In this document: piece after piece, positions 39,475-50,138 of the stretch
How the letters are laid out: the number at the start of each line of letters is the position of its first letter
Numbering within the stretch: position 1 is the first letter of the stretch
Origin: Azolla caroliniana
Lineage: Eukaryota > Plantae > Polypodiophyta
Assembly: GCA_043228905.1 (NCBI GenBank)
Contig: JBHGNT010000006.1
Location: forward strand, 6,200,001 to 6,264,000
Length of the DNA: 64,000 nucleotides
Reading direction: 5' to 3'
The notes under the pieces: generated by a model
The model's input: only the letters and a program-made list of their open reading frames with translations
The model's database searches: none
What the model was told of the DNA's origin: nothing
Translations under genes and position numbers: made by a program

Positions 39475-42400
39475 TGTTGAGAGACAAGCTCAACATCGGC
39501 CGGATCGGTTGGACCGATCGGTTAGGCCGAGTGCGTAAATCGGTACGTAGACCGGTGCATAGGTAGGGCCGAATCAGTGCATAAACCGGGAGGTTGTTAG
39601 GAAAGATATTCCGTGAGGAATATGTTTGGGAGTTAGTGTAGGAGCTCTCAATGAGCATTGAAGTATTGTCAGAACTTCTGTTAGTCCTTCTTGGACTTGT
39701 ATAAAAGTGTTCACTGAACACACATATGTATAGAATGGTGAATAGAGTTTTTTGAATATAGTTCTTGTGTTTTCTCTCTATCACTCTCTCAGTCTCTCCC
39801 GCGTATACTGCGTAAGCTGAAGCTCTCCATTAAACCTGAGTTTTCTTCCTTCTGTTCGGTCTTCATACTTGCTTCCGCACGCTACTTTTTACATGGTATC
39901 AGAGCGCGAGGGTTGAGAACCTCTCTGCAGCCGACACAGTGACGAAGAAGAACAAGAAGAACGATGGATAGAGGCATGGCGAGCTCACTTCCAACAGAGA
40001 AGCTCGACAGAACGAACTACGCGTCTTGGTCCTACAAGATGCACCAATACCTGCTCGGGCACGGCTACTGGAGTTATGTCGAAGGAGCTAATGACGCGGC
40101 ACCCGAATCGACACACAGAGACTTCCCGTCGTGGGAGCAATTGGCGAGCAGGGTATTATACTGCTTCGCATCGTGTGTGGGCGAATAGCTATTGAGCTAT
40201 GTCCGGGATGCAAAGACGCCGAAGGGTGCGTGGGAAAATCTAAAGAAGATTTTCGTCGCGAGCACCACAGCTAAGAAGCTTCAGCTCCGACAGGAGTTGA
40301 GCAACCTACGACAACGCGACTTGTCGGTGGCGGACTATACCTCGAAGATCAAGGATATCTGCGACTCCCTCGCCTCCATAGAGGTGAACATCGAGGAGAG
40401 CGAGATGGTCCAGATCTGTCTCGGAGGTTTGGCGTCGAAGTTCGGAGCGTTCCGAACGGTTGTGTGTACCCGGGAGAATACGTCGTCCTTTCTCGACTTA
40501 CAGTCAATGCTCCTGGTAGAGGAGAACCACGCGGGTGCGTCGACAAGCACGCATGCCGACAACAGAATGTTGTACACGAAGGGAGATAGGCCCCGTGGAC
40601 GTGGAGGACGAGGCGAGTCGGCGCGCAATGGAAGCGACCGACGAGATCAAGGAAGAAGGCACCGAAGTGATGCCGACAGCAACTCTGGACCCTCTAGAAA
40701 CAAGGGGAGTCGAAGCGATGAGAACCGGCAAGGGAAGGCCATCGCAGAGTGCTGGTATTGTGGCAAGAAAGGCCACAGGGAGAGTGAGTGCTGGAAGAAG
40801 CGCGCCGATTCGGAGAGAACCGGTTCCGGAAACGGCTCCGAACATACCGACAAGGGAAATCGGCAGCGATCGCACTACGCCAAAGACTCCGGGAGAGCCG
40901 GAGAAGGGTCTGTCTTCGTGACGAGACACGAAGCAAACTCAATGAAACGGACCACCCCAAGATCGGACGAGGTGTGGTACATAGACTCCGGCGCGTCAAA
41001 CCACATGACAAGCCATAAGGAATGGTTCTTGTACCTTGAAAAACGTTAGTCTTGGCACAAAACGTTAGTCTTGGCGGGAGCCGATATTTCGTCTCCTTCA
41101 TCGACGACCACACGCAGCACACGTGGATCTACCTCATTGAGAGGAAGAGCGAAGTCTTCGACTGTTTCCGAGACCTCAAAGGGTTCGTGGAAACGGAAAC
41201 GGGACGAAAGATCAAGTGCCTGCGGTCGGATGGCGGGAAAGAGTACTTTTCCGGTCAATTCAACGGTTATCTACAACAAATGGGAATTCGGCGCGAATTC
41301 AATTGTAGATACACGCCGGAGCAGAACGGCGTGGCCGAGAGGAAGAATCGGTCAGTTGTGGAAGCGGCACGGGCAATGCTGGAGGAGAAGAGCTTGCCCA
41401 AGTTCTACTGGGCCGAGACGGTAAGGACCACGGTATACATCCAGAACCGGATCGGAGACAAAGTGTTGGCGCACGAGCTATATTTCGGAGCGAAGCCGAA
41501 CTTGCGACACTTGAGGGTGTTCGGTAGCATTGCGTATGTGCATGTACCGAAGGAGAAAAGGAGGAAGCTGGACGCAAAGGCCGAGAAATGCAACTTGGTC
41601 AGTTACTCGGACAAGCAGAAGGGTTATAAGTGTTATAACCCTCGCACCAAACAAGCGCGTGTTAGCCGCGACGTTGTGGTTGACGAGTCCGCGTCCTGGT
41701 ACCAGCCCCCGACTCCGAACCCCGACTCCAATCCGAGCTCGGACGATGAGGTCAGCGAGGCTGAGAGGCCTCCGGATGAGCCCGAAATCGAGACCCGCGA
41801 AGAGAGTCCGATTTCACTCCGTTTAAGTGGACCGATTGGACAACTGAGTCGGTATGACCAATCCGATGAAGAGCCGACAAGTTGTAGAGACTCGGCCATG
41901 CATTCCCCGCGCAGGAAGCCGAGGAGACGGTTTACGCGCAAAGAGAAAGGAAAGAAGAAGGTGTCGGATTCCGGCACGGATAGGAACGAGTCAGACCGAC
42001 ACGAGTCCGACTCTGAGGGAAGTCCGCGTCGACCGAGAAGGCCTCGACATCGACTAATGTGAGATTACGCCGATCTTCCCGCCAGAAGAATCTTGTTTTG
42101 CGGTTCGGATACAACGAGTACATGGAGCATCACTATGCATACATGACCCGTGTAGCGGAAGTGCGTGAGTCGGAGAGCTACGCAGAAGCGGCTAAAGACG
42201 CGACTTGGCGTGCCGCGATGGAGGAGGAGATGCACGCATTGGCGGAGAACGAGACCTAGGACCTGGTTGACGCACCGAAGGGTGTGAAGCCGATCGGGTG
42301 TAGGTGGGTGTACAAGGTCAAGTACAACATCGATGGCTCGGTCATCCGGTACAATGCTCGGCTAGTGGCAAAGGGCTACGCGCAGAAACACGGCATCGAC

Positions 42401-44240
42401 TACGATGAGACATTTGCCCCGGTCGCGAAAATGACGATCGTCTGTGTTTTGCTTGCCGTAGCCGCGGCCAAGGGGTGGCACCTACATTAGATGGATGTAA
42501 AGAATGCGTTCCTGCAAGCCCCGCGTGCCTGGAACGCGAAGATCACGCAACAATTGCGTCGGATGGGCTTCGTCACGTCAAAATCGGACTCTTCCCTGTT
42601 CATCCGGAAAGGTCGACTTGGACCGGTTAGTATTTTACTATATGTTGATGACTTGGTCATCACCGGCGCCGACCTTGGTGAAATCGACCGCGTGAAGCTC
42701 CAACTTGCGGCATCGTTCGACATGAAGGATCTAGGGGACCTTCATTACTTCCTCGGGATCGAAGTGATCCGCACCCCTGAAGGCATACTAATCAGCCAAC
42801 GTCATTACGTGCTGAATATGCTCTTCAAATTCGGGATGGCCGATTGTAAGTCCATCTCGACTCCTCTGGACAGATACGGGAAAGGTATGCGACCGACGAG
42901 GTTCCGACAAATTGTCGGAAGCCTCATATACTTGACCATCACCCGACCCGACCTCAGTTATCCGGTCGGAGTGATCAGTCAGTTCATGGCGCGACCTACC
43001 GAGGAGCACCTTCAGTGTGCACAACGCATACTTTGGTATGTCAACGGCACTAAGGACTGGGAACTGCTATATCGGATTGGTGCAGCCACGCAGTTAGTCG
43101 GCTACACCGATGCTGATTGGGCTGGCAACGTCGTCGATCGCCGATCCACGTCCGGATACGCGTTCTCCCTCGGGAGTGCCGCGATCGCGTGGAGCAGTAA
43201 GAAACAGCCGACAGTTGCGCTGTCGAGCACCGAAGCTGAGTACCGAGGAGCAGCTGTCGCGACATGCGAAGCCATATGGTTGAAGCGGCTACTTAAGGAC
43301 CTGCAAGAGGAGGTGTCAGATCCGACGACGATCTACTGCGACAACCTCAGCAACATCCAGCTCACGGAAAACCCCGTTTTTCACGCACGGACCAAGCACA
43401 TCGAGGTGCACTACCATTTCGTCCGTGAGCGTGTCCTTTCCGGTGAAGTCGAACTTCAGTACGTGCCGACGGATCGGCAGACTGCCGACATCTTCACTAA
43501 GCCTCTTGGTCTGGACAAGTTGCGGCAATTCTCGAGTGCGCTCGGATTGCGTCACCTCGACGTGCCAAACTTGAGGGGGAGAACAGTCCCGAACGACCAA
43601 GCAAGGCAGCAGGAAAGGAGCGGAGACCGCGACACCGAGTCAGTTGACTCGGTTGTCGAGTTCGTCTTCAGATTGGCTGAAGAAGCCGAGGGCGGACCCG
43701 CGGAAAAGTCCAGAAGCGGACAGAAGGGGAGCAGCTAAAGGAGAGAGCCTAAGCCAACCACGCATGGGGGAGATGACGCCATCGAGGGCGAGAAGACTGA
43801 AGACAAGTTGGAGACAGCCAACTCGGACGAGAGCGAAAACCGATCGGAGGTAGCCGAGTCGATTTGGATGTTTGATTCAGATACGTTGAATCAACCGAGG
43901 CCCAAGCGGAAGAAAAGGAAGCAGGAGAAGCGTCAACACCGCAACAGCAGAAGAGCTAATAAGGGCCACATGAGCAGACAAGCCGACCGGAAGGGTCGAA
44001 GCGCACGGAGTCGAACAGGTCGAGGAGCGCGAGCGAGGCGTGAAGCCAGGAGGAACCGGAGCTGTGAGCTCGAAGATCCCGAAGAGCCTCAAGTTGAGCT
44101 TGAGGGGGAGTGTTGAGAGACAAGCTCAACATCGGCCGGATCGGTTGAAGAAGCCGAGGACCGGATCGGTTGGACCGATCGGTTAGGCCGAGTGCGTAAA
44201 CCGGTACGCAGACCGGTGCGTAGGTAGGGCCGGATCAGTG
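39475..44240 (+). mobile_element. Ty1/copia element (copia-2), same family as copia-1, internally deleted, 3' LTR truncated
   Basis: 5' LTR 39475-39893, PBS TGGTATCAGAGC at 39894, gag MDRGMASSLP..., IN/RT/RH motifs, PPT 44099-44110, 3' LTR matches only 44111-~44240. Confidence 0.95.
39964..44116 (+). pseudogene. copia-2 gag-pol with stops and deletions
   Basis: CWYCGKKGHRESEC, WYIDSGASNHM, RSDGGKEY, LLYVDDL, GYTDADWAG, ADIFTK; deletions at ~41040 (PR to IN) and ~42515 (within RT). Confidence 0.92.
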
Positions 44241-44318
44241 GCCCGGAGCGAACACGTGCGAAGATGAGGATGCGAGGCCCGGAACGGGCATATACAAGAG
44301 GACCGACGGAGAGGTTGG

Positions 44319-45135
44319 TGACGGGAACTGAACGCTCCCTCTACGCAACGCTCGGCCACAACCGAGCTTAGGATCATACACAGAAAACGGGAAATAAATG
44401 CACGACACAAAGGAGAGAAAAAGGTAGACAGGATGTTTACGTGGAAAACCCAAACTAAGGGAAAAACCACGGCAGCCCACAGGCTGCAAACTATCACTAT
44501 GTTGGAATGTACAAACAGTGAGTTCACAGAGGCAACGACCTCGTGCTCACGATCTTCGCCACAGGCGGCGGTTACAACAGAGGCAGCGACCTCTTTCTCT
44601 CTCTCTCTCTCTCTCTGTACACTGTTACGCGCTCTAATCTCTTACAAAACAGGAATGACAACAACAACCATCAACTACAACTAAAAGTTTGCCCTAAGTC
44701 ATATTTATACTAATATGACTTTTCAGCTATTTACAAATATAGCCTCGATGGACTCTCAGAAACATATTTACGAATATGTCTCTTCATCCGGTTCTCACCG
44801 GGTCTGCACCATCCGGTTCTCCGTAGCCAGGTACTCCTCATCCGGTCTTCACCGGGTCTGTATCATCCGGCTCTCCGTAGCCGGGTACTCCTCATCCGGT
44901 TCATACCGGGTCTGCACCATCCGGCTCTCCGTAGCCGGGTACTCCTCATCCGGTCTTCACCGGGTCTGTATCATCCGGCTCTCCGAAGCCGGGTACTCCT
45001 CATCCGGTTCATACCGGGTCTGCACCATCCGGCTCTCCGTAGCCGGGTACTCCTCATCTGGTTTCGGCCTCGACCGAGTTTGTTCATCGGCACTGTTCTT
45101 CTCCCTTCCCATCCTGAGGGACCTGTCTCCCAACA
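44319..45135 (-). mobile_element. Solo LTR (817 bp) of an unrelated family
   Basis: TG...CA ends, 5-bp TSD GTTGG at 44314-44318 and 45136-45140; contains TTTACGTGGAAAACCC...GGGAAAAACCACGG, a motif I associate with copia LTRs. Confidence 0.85.
44784..45060. repeat. 54-bp minisatellite, 5+ copies, inside the solo LTR
   Basis: TCATCCGGT..CACCGGGTCTG.A.CATCCGGCTCTCCGTAGCCGGGTACTCC at 44784, 44838, 44892, 44946, 45000. Confidence 0.95.
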
Positions 45136-45140
45136 GTTGG

Positions 45141-47563
45141 GAGCGGCAAGGAGGAGAGAGTCGGGAACCGACCCGATTGGAAGATGAACCAGTTGATAAT
45201 CCGACACGACCGGAAGACGAGGCGGAAGAAGATTGGAGCGGGGTCCAGTCAACCGGGCCCGAAATGAAGAAGAGCCGGCAAGGCCGGATTGGTGCGGACA
45301 AACATGTACCGGCCAATTATGGTTACGAAAGGGAGTCGACCAAACCGGAACTCGATCGGCCGAGACCGATCCGGGCAAAGGCTAAGACGGCATGATTGGA
45401 GGTCGAGGCGAACGGGCCACAACACCCGATGGGAGCCGGTGAGCACGAGAAGGAGGCCAAGCATGCACGACGAGTACGGGTCGATGAGAGGCCGAGAGCA
45501 AGAGGAGCCCTCCACAACTATGCTTGAAACTTCGGCGGTTGCGGATCAACGGGAGACCGAAGAGATGGCGGGTGGTGGCGAGGAGTTGGAAGACAATGCG
45601 GAATCGGGTACCGGAGCGGATGCCTAGTGTGGGAAGGACGAAGAGACCAACGCGGAGGTCGGGTCTACGGTGGATGAGCGTGAAGTGAAGCATGCACTAC
45701 GGCCGACGGAGGGTCAAGGAACAAGCATGCACTTGGGGGAGCGTCAATGAGTGACCGGAAACGGTGGACCGATTGAGCCTTTGAGAGGCGAGGACTCGGT
45801 GGTGGACCAAGAGTGGGAGGAACCCTCCACACCTAACCGTGAGGCATCAGCGGTCGCGGATCGAAAGGAGAATGAAGAAATGGTGGGTGGCAGCGAGGAG
45901 TTAGAGACTAACGCGGAGGTCGGGTCTACGGCGGAAGCGCGACATGAGACGCATGCAATACGGCCGGTGGAGGGCCAAGACACAAGCATGCATACGGCAG
46001 ATGGGCGACAACGATTGACCGACGATGACGGTCGGGTCAAGCCTTCGAGAGGCAAGCGCAGGACGAAGGACGGTGCGGCGAAACACCAAGATCGACGATA
46101 TGGGCCGAGCGCGATCGGCATGAGCGGAGAGTCGTATCTAGGAGAACGGAGGAGGTGCGTGGAGAACGGAGGGCTACGCACCGGGAAGAGAAAACGCGGT
46201 GTCCCGAAGGACATGCGAGGCCAATCGGGCCAAGAGGGCGCGGGTCGAGGCGAAGCGGTAACGAGAGCCACGAAGAAGGACGGGGTGATGGCACGCTCTA
46301 CCGCGAGAGAGCACGGCGAACAACGGGGAAAGCCTGCGGAAGGCAAACGCGGAGCGGAGAGAGTCGGCACGCCGAGGTGCGCGGCACACAAAGGACGGAA
46401 TCCGACATGCGAACGGGAGCGCATCCGGAGGATATACGAGGGGGACAAAGGAAGAGCAACCGGGTCGGCGACGGCGTTCGGGAGGACCGAACGGGGAGGA
46501 AAGCACGGGCATCGGATACGACGGGTCGGATGTAGTCGGTGGTTCGAAGACCCACGGTGGACGTGGCGGATCGGGTGGAGGCAACGACTCGGCGAACATC
46601 GTCGAGTGTGGCGGATCGGATGGTGCCGACGGTTCGAGACCATTCGGCGAGGATGGTGGACCGAAAGGCGGCGGTGGTTCGTGTGGACGGGGTGGTCTTG
46701 CTCGAAGTGGAAAACAAAACCGGGCGGGCCCACGAGGACGCTAAGGACTCGGTCGATCGTCGTGGCCGAAAATCTCGTGTCCTCTCCCCTATGTTTTGGC
46801 ACATACCAGTGTATGTGCGGTTAGGTGGGGGCGGATGTCGTGAAGATTTTCTTCCACAAGCGGAAACCCGAGCAACGAGAGCCAAAGAGCGATGTGCAAC
46901 GTTGCACACGTACATAATGTATTTGTAATAGTAATAAGGGTAAAGTGTATGGTGCTAGAAATGCCCCATAGGATCCCTAAGGTATAAAGGTGATGTGGTC
47001 TTGTGCGCACATCCACGCGAGAGAGAGAGAGAGAGAGAGAGGTATTATGTGGTACATAGGTACCTAGTTGTTTGTGTGGAGGTGGGAGTAAAGGGGCCAT
47101 CAATCTCACCCTCCCCAAATCAAGGCAAATATCCCCTTTGAATGAAAGGGAATATTTTAGTCTCACTTTTGTAAACGGTCTTCCCTCCTTGTGCTATAAA
47201 AGGAGAGGGAAGGCACCATTGTGGGGGTTGCCTATTTTGAGTGTGCGAGGTATACCACATAGGTCGAGCGTTAGGGTTAGGGTTAGGGTTTCTTTATCTT
47301 TATCTTCGTCTTCGTCGGTTAGGGTTTCGAGTAGTCGTTTGGTGTGGCCTATGCGGCCACCATTTTGTAATCGTTCATTTCGTTTTAATACATCTTGTTG
47401 ATCATCTTGTCTCCATCTTCCTCTTGTTCGATCTAATCTCTTGTTCATTCTTCTTCTTCTTGAGCAAAGCTCCCATTCCATGTCCAATTCCTTCTCCTCT
47501 ATTCCTTAGTCCAAAACCGTCGTGGTCCCGCCCTTCTCCACGCACGTGCGTAGCAACGCGACA
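45141..47563 (+). mobile_element. 3' part of element C (interior, PPT and 3' LTR 46836-47563) of the Trp-primed family; 5' LTR not found
   Basis: PPT GGTTAGGTGGGGGCGGA precedes TGTCGTGAAG...CGCGACA; interior is an inverted homologue of 32371-33250 and 38531-39300. Confidence 0.85.
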
Positions 47564-48016
47564 ACGCGTCGACCTCTCGTCCGACGGTAGTGCGTAGCCA
47601 CTCACCGCCCTCTCTTCTCCGCCGCTCGTGGGCCACGTTGTTGCCGACCGCTCCCCATCGGGTTGCCGGCATACCCACTCCGGTTTCGCGTAATCGTATG
47701 CGTCCAATAGAGCTCCCTCAAAGGACACCCATGACTCGTGAGCTTCTCGTAGCTCCTTGACCTCCTTGTGCACTGGTACGACCGCCACTCGAGGAAAATA
47801 CTCTAGCCGCATCGCCTCGTCCACGCCCCCTTTCGCCATCTCGGCCTTGTAGGCTCCCAAAAATTTTGGGACCTCATTCCCATTGAACCGGCCAACTCGA
47901 TCGACCACCGTTTCGACGGCTTGTTGAGCCGCGTCTTGCTTCTCCATCTTCCGTCCAGCTTCCATCACGATATTTGCCATCATCTCCTCGAAGTCGAAGT
48001 CTTCTTCCATCTCCAT
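47564..48016 (-). CDS. Short gag-like ORF of element A, interrupted by an antisense LTR (the raw ORF runs on to 47402)
   Basis: Starts 15 nt after the PBS. AVETVVDRVGRFNGNEVPKFLGAYKAEM...MRLEYF...SWVSFEGALLDAY is homologous to the ORF at 34007 and has the capsid-like pattern F-x-G...FL...W-x-x-F. Confidence 0.7.
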
Positions 48017-48031
48017 GCTCCCTTGCCGCCC

Positions 48032-48049
48032 TTCACGTCGGGTTCACCA
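48032..48049 (-). other. Primer-binding site complementary to the tRNA-Trp 3' end
   Basis: TGGTGAACCCGACGTGAA is the reverse complement of ...TTCACGTCGGGTTCACCA, the 3' end of plant cytosolic tRNA-Trp(CCA) as I recall it. Confidence 0.85.
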
Positions 48050-49082
48050 AAGATGTCGCGTTGTTACGCGCGTGCGTGTACAAGGGGCGGGACCAAGGGG
48101 GTCTCGAACTAGGGAGTAGAGGAGAAGGATTAAGGTATGATATGGAGGCTTAGCTCAAGAGGAGAAGAAGAAAGAATAAGATCACCATATAGAAGGAGAG
48201 ATCGCGGTGGCAAGATACTCAACAAGTTATATTAAAACGAACAAATGATTACAACAATGGTGGCCGCATGGGCCACACCAAAACTACTATGAGAAAACCC
48301 TAACCGAAGATGAATAAGGAAAACCCTAAACAAAACCCTAACCCTAAAACGGTAAGAACTCTAGACTAAGTGGTATACCTCTCATACGCAAAATAGGCAA
48401 CCCTTCATAAGTGACCCCTCCCTTCATTTTATAGCCCAAGGAGGGAGGGACCTTATAATGTGGGATAAAATTTCCCCTCTCTTTCTATACACCATATCCT
48501 AGTATACATGTGCACATGTTGCACACCACCAACTTACCCATTCCACCCCGGTTTCACATTATAGCCGAAAATCTTCATGACACCGTGGCGATTCTTATTC
48601 ATTCTCCTACTTCTCTTTATTGATTTCCTTTTATCTTTCTTCTCAACACACAATATGTGGTTGATGGATGTTTTCCATACATGGGCTATTTTGTTGCATT
48701 GCAATAGCAATGGTCGTCCATGTTCTCATGCATGAGTTGGCTCTCCAAACAATAAACAACTTCAAGAACAACACAAATCAACCAAGTGACTATGCTAATA
48801 ATAACCCTCATGTCACGAGACCATAGAATGAGCTAAAAAGTATAGTTACATGAAATGAAATAGGTTAAATTTTAATATATATGCGTGTGTATGTGTGTGC
48901 TATAAGAGTGAATAGAGAATCATACACTAAAGCCAATATATATTATTTAAAAAAATGGCCAAATGATTACAATGAATCTGCAAATTAACATGGAGGGAAC
49001 ACTTTGATAATATAAGATGTATGTGTTGGTTCACATAGAATTTATGATCAATCCAATGATGATGGGATCCCGAAAGTGTCTA

Positions 49083-49280
49083 CTTCATTGCTAAGGCATT
49101 TCCCATTCAATAATTCAATGGTAGAATTAAACATAAAGAGTGTATGTTCATACAAAAGTGTGAAAGATGGGAGAGTGAATGAAATACCTAAAGTTTTTCT
49201 TCATAATGCTAAGGCATCTCCCATTCATTAAATTAATGATGGACATAAACATAAGGAGGGTATGTTCATACAAAAGTGTG
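49083..49280. repeat. Two diverged direct copies of an ~80-bp segment, ~116-bp spacing
   Basis: CTTCAT..TGCTAAGGCAT.TCCCATTCA...TATGTTCATACAAAAGTGTG twice. Confidence 0.75.
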
Positions 49281-50138
49281 TGCTTGACATCTCCAACACC
49301 TATGCTAGCACACAAACACATATATGTGGAATTTATAGGTTAATGTATGGTCCATTGAGCTTTAATATATGATGGTGATTGTTCTCGACGGCCAAGTGTA
49401 GCTACATGCATTGGCCTAGGTTATATAGTGAATTACTAGAAATGGAAAATGTGTCATTCTGTTGCATTACAATGGTCTACGAAGATAATAACAAGTGGGC
49501 ACAATATTGAAATGTCTCCATACAATGCAAGGGTGGTTTTGATTTCATAACCGATAGCTTTGTATTCCAATAATTTCCATAAAAGTCATCAAGTTGCTTA
49601 GAGAGAATGGGCTACCAACAATGACCTAGGCGCCACACATGGCTTGTGACAATTTCCATCACCAATTGTGTTATTAACATACACTAATCACATCGGGTTG
49701 CCAAAGGGAGGTTGGATTTAATGACACATGCATAGATGTAATAGAATCGAAAGAAGTCAATGCTAATGTTCTCTTCACCACCAATACCTCGCCGATATGC
49801 ACACGCATGGAGAGATTTGGAGAGGTAGATGGTGATTTCCTCGCGGGTGGACAGTCAACGTAAACTTTGAGGACATAAGGAGTAAGTCTATCTCAAAAAA
49901 TGAAGGGTATGATTAAGAAGGGATGAAACAAACTCCTAAGGACTCAGAGATCATTCATTAGTCACAAACAAGAGGAGTTAAGGTCATTAGGCTCATGGCT
50001 GCATAATACCGCTTGTGTCATGTTGTAATACCGCCTGTAATTTTGTTAGACCGCTTTTGCGTCTCCTTCTTCTTCTTCTTCGTTTTCTGCAACAGAAGCA
50101 GAGAGAGAGAGAGAGAGAGAAAGGGGGGGAGGGGAGCC

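Larger units (their letters stand above)
31842..48582 (-). mobile_element. Outer non-autonomous LTR element A (tRNA-Trp PBS, 4-bp TSD) hosting a nest of insertions
   Basis: 529-bp LTRs at 31842-32370 and 48054-48582 (TGTC...GACA, ~13 differences by eye); TSD CCGT at 31838-31841 and 48583-48586; PBS at 48049-48032; purine-rich GGTGGGGGTGGA before the 3' LTR; no pol of its own seen. Confidence 0.92.

Noticed and set aside
45744-46824. Overlapping 352-aa and 357-aa ORFs as genes
   Set aside because: GC-rich, stop-poor TE interior with no domain motifs; frames are not preserved in the homologous segments at 32.4-33.2 and 38.5-39.3 kb.
47271-47291. Interstitial telomere or chromosome-fusion scar
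   Set aside because: Only about three TTAGGG units, and they are an integral part of the LTR family.
31842-48582. Retrozyme or Cassandra identity for the 4-bp-TSD family
   Set aside because: No CTGANGA...GAAA hammerhead core or 5S-like segment seen in the LTRs; the PBS is Trp-type and the elements are several kb.
50013-50138. N-terminal extension of the CDC73 ORF
   Set aside because: Non-ATG start running through a GA microsatellite; the conserved protein begins MDPLS at 50139.
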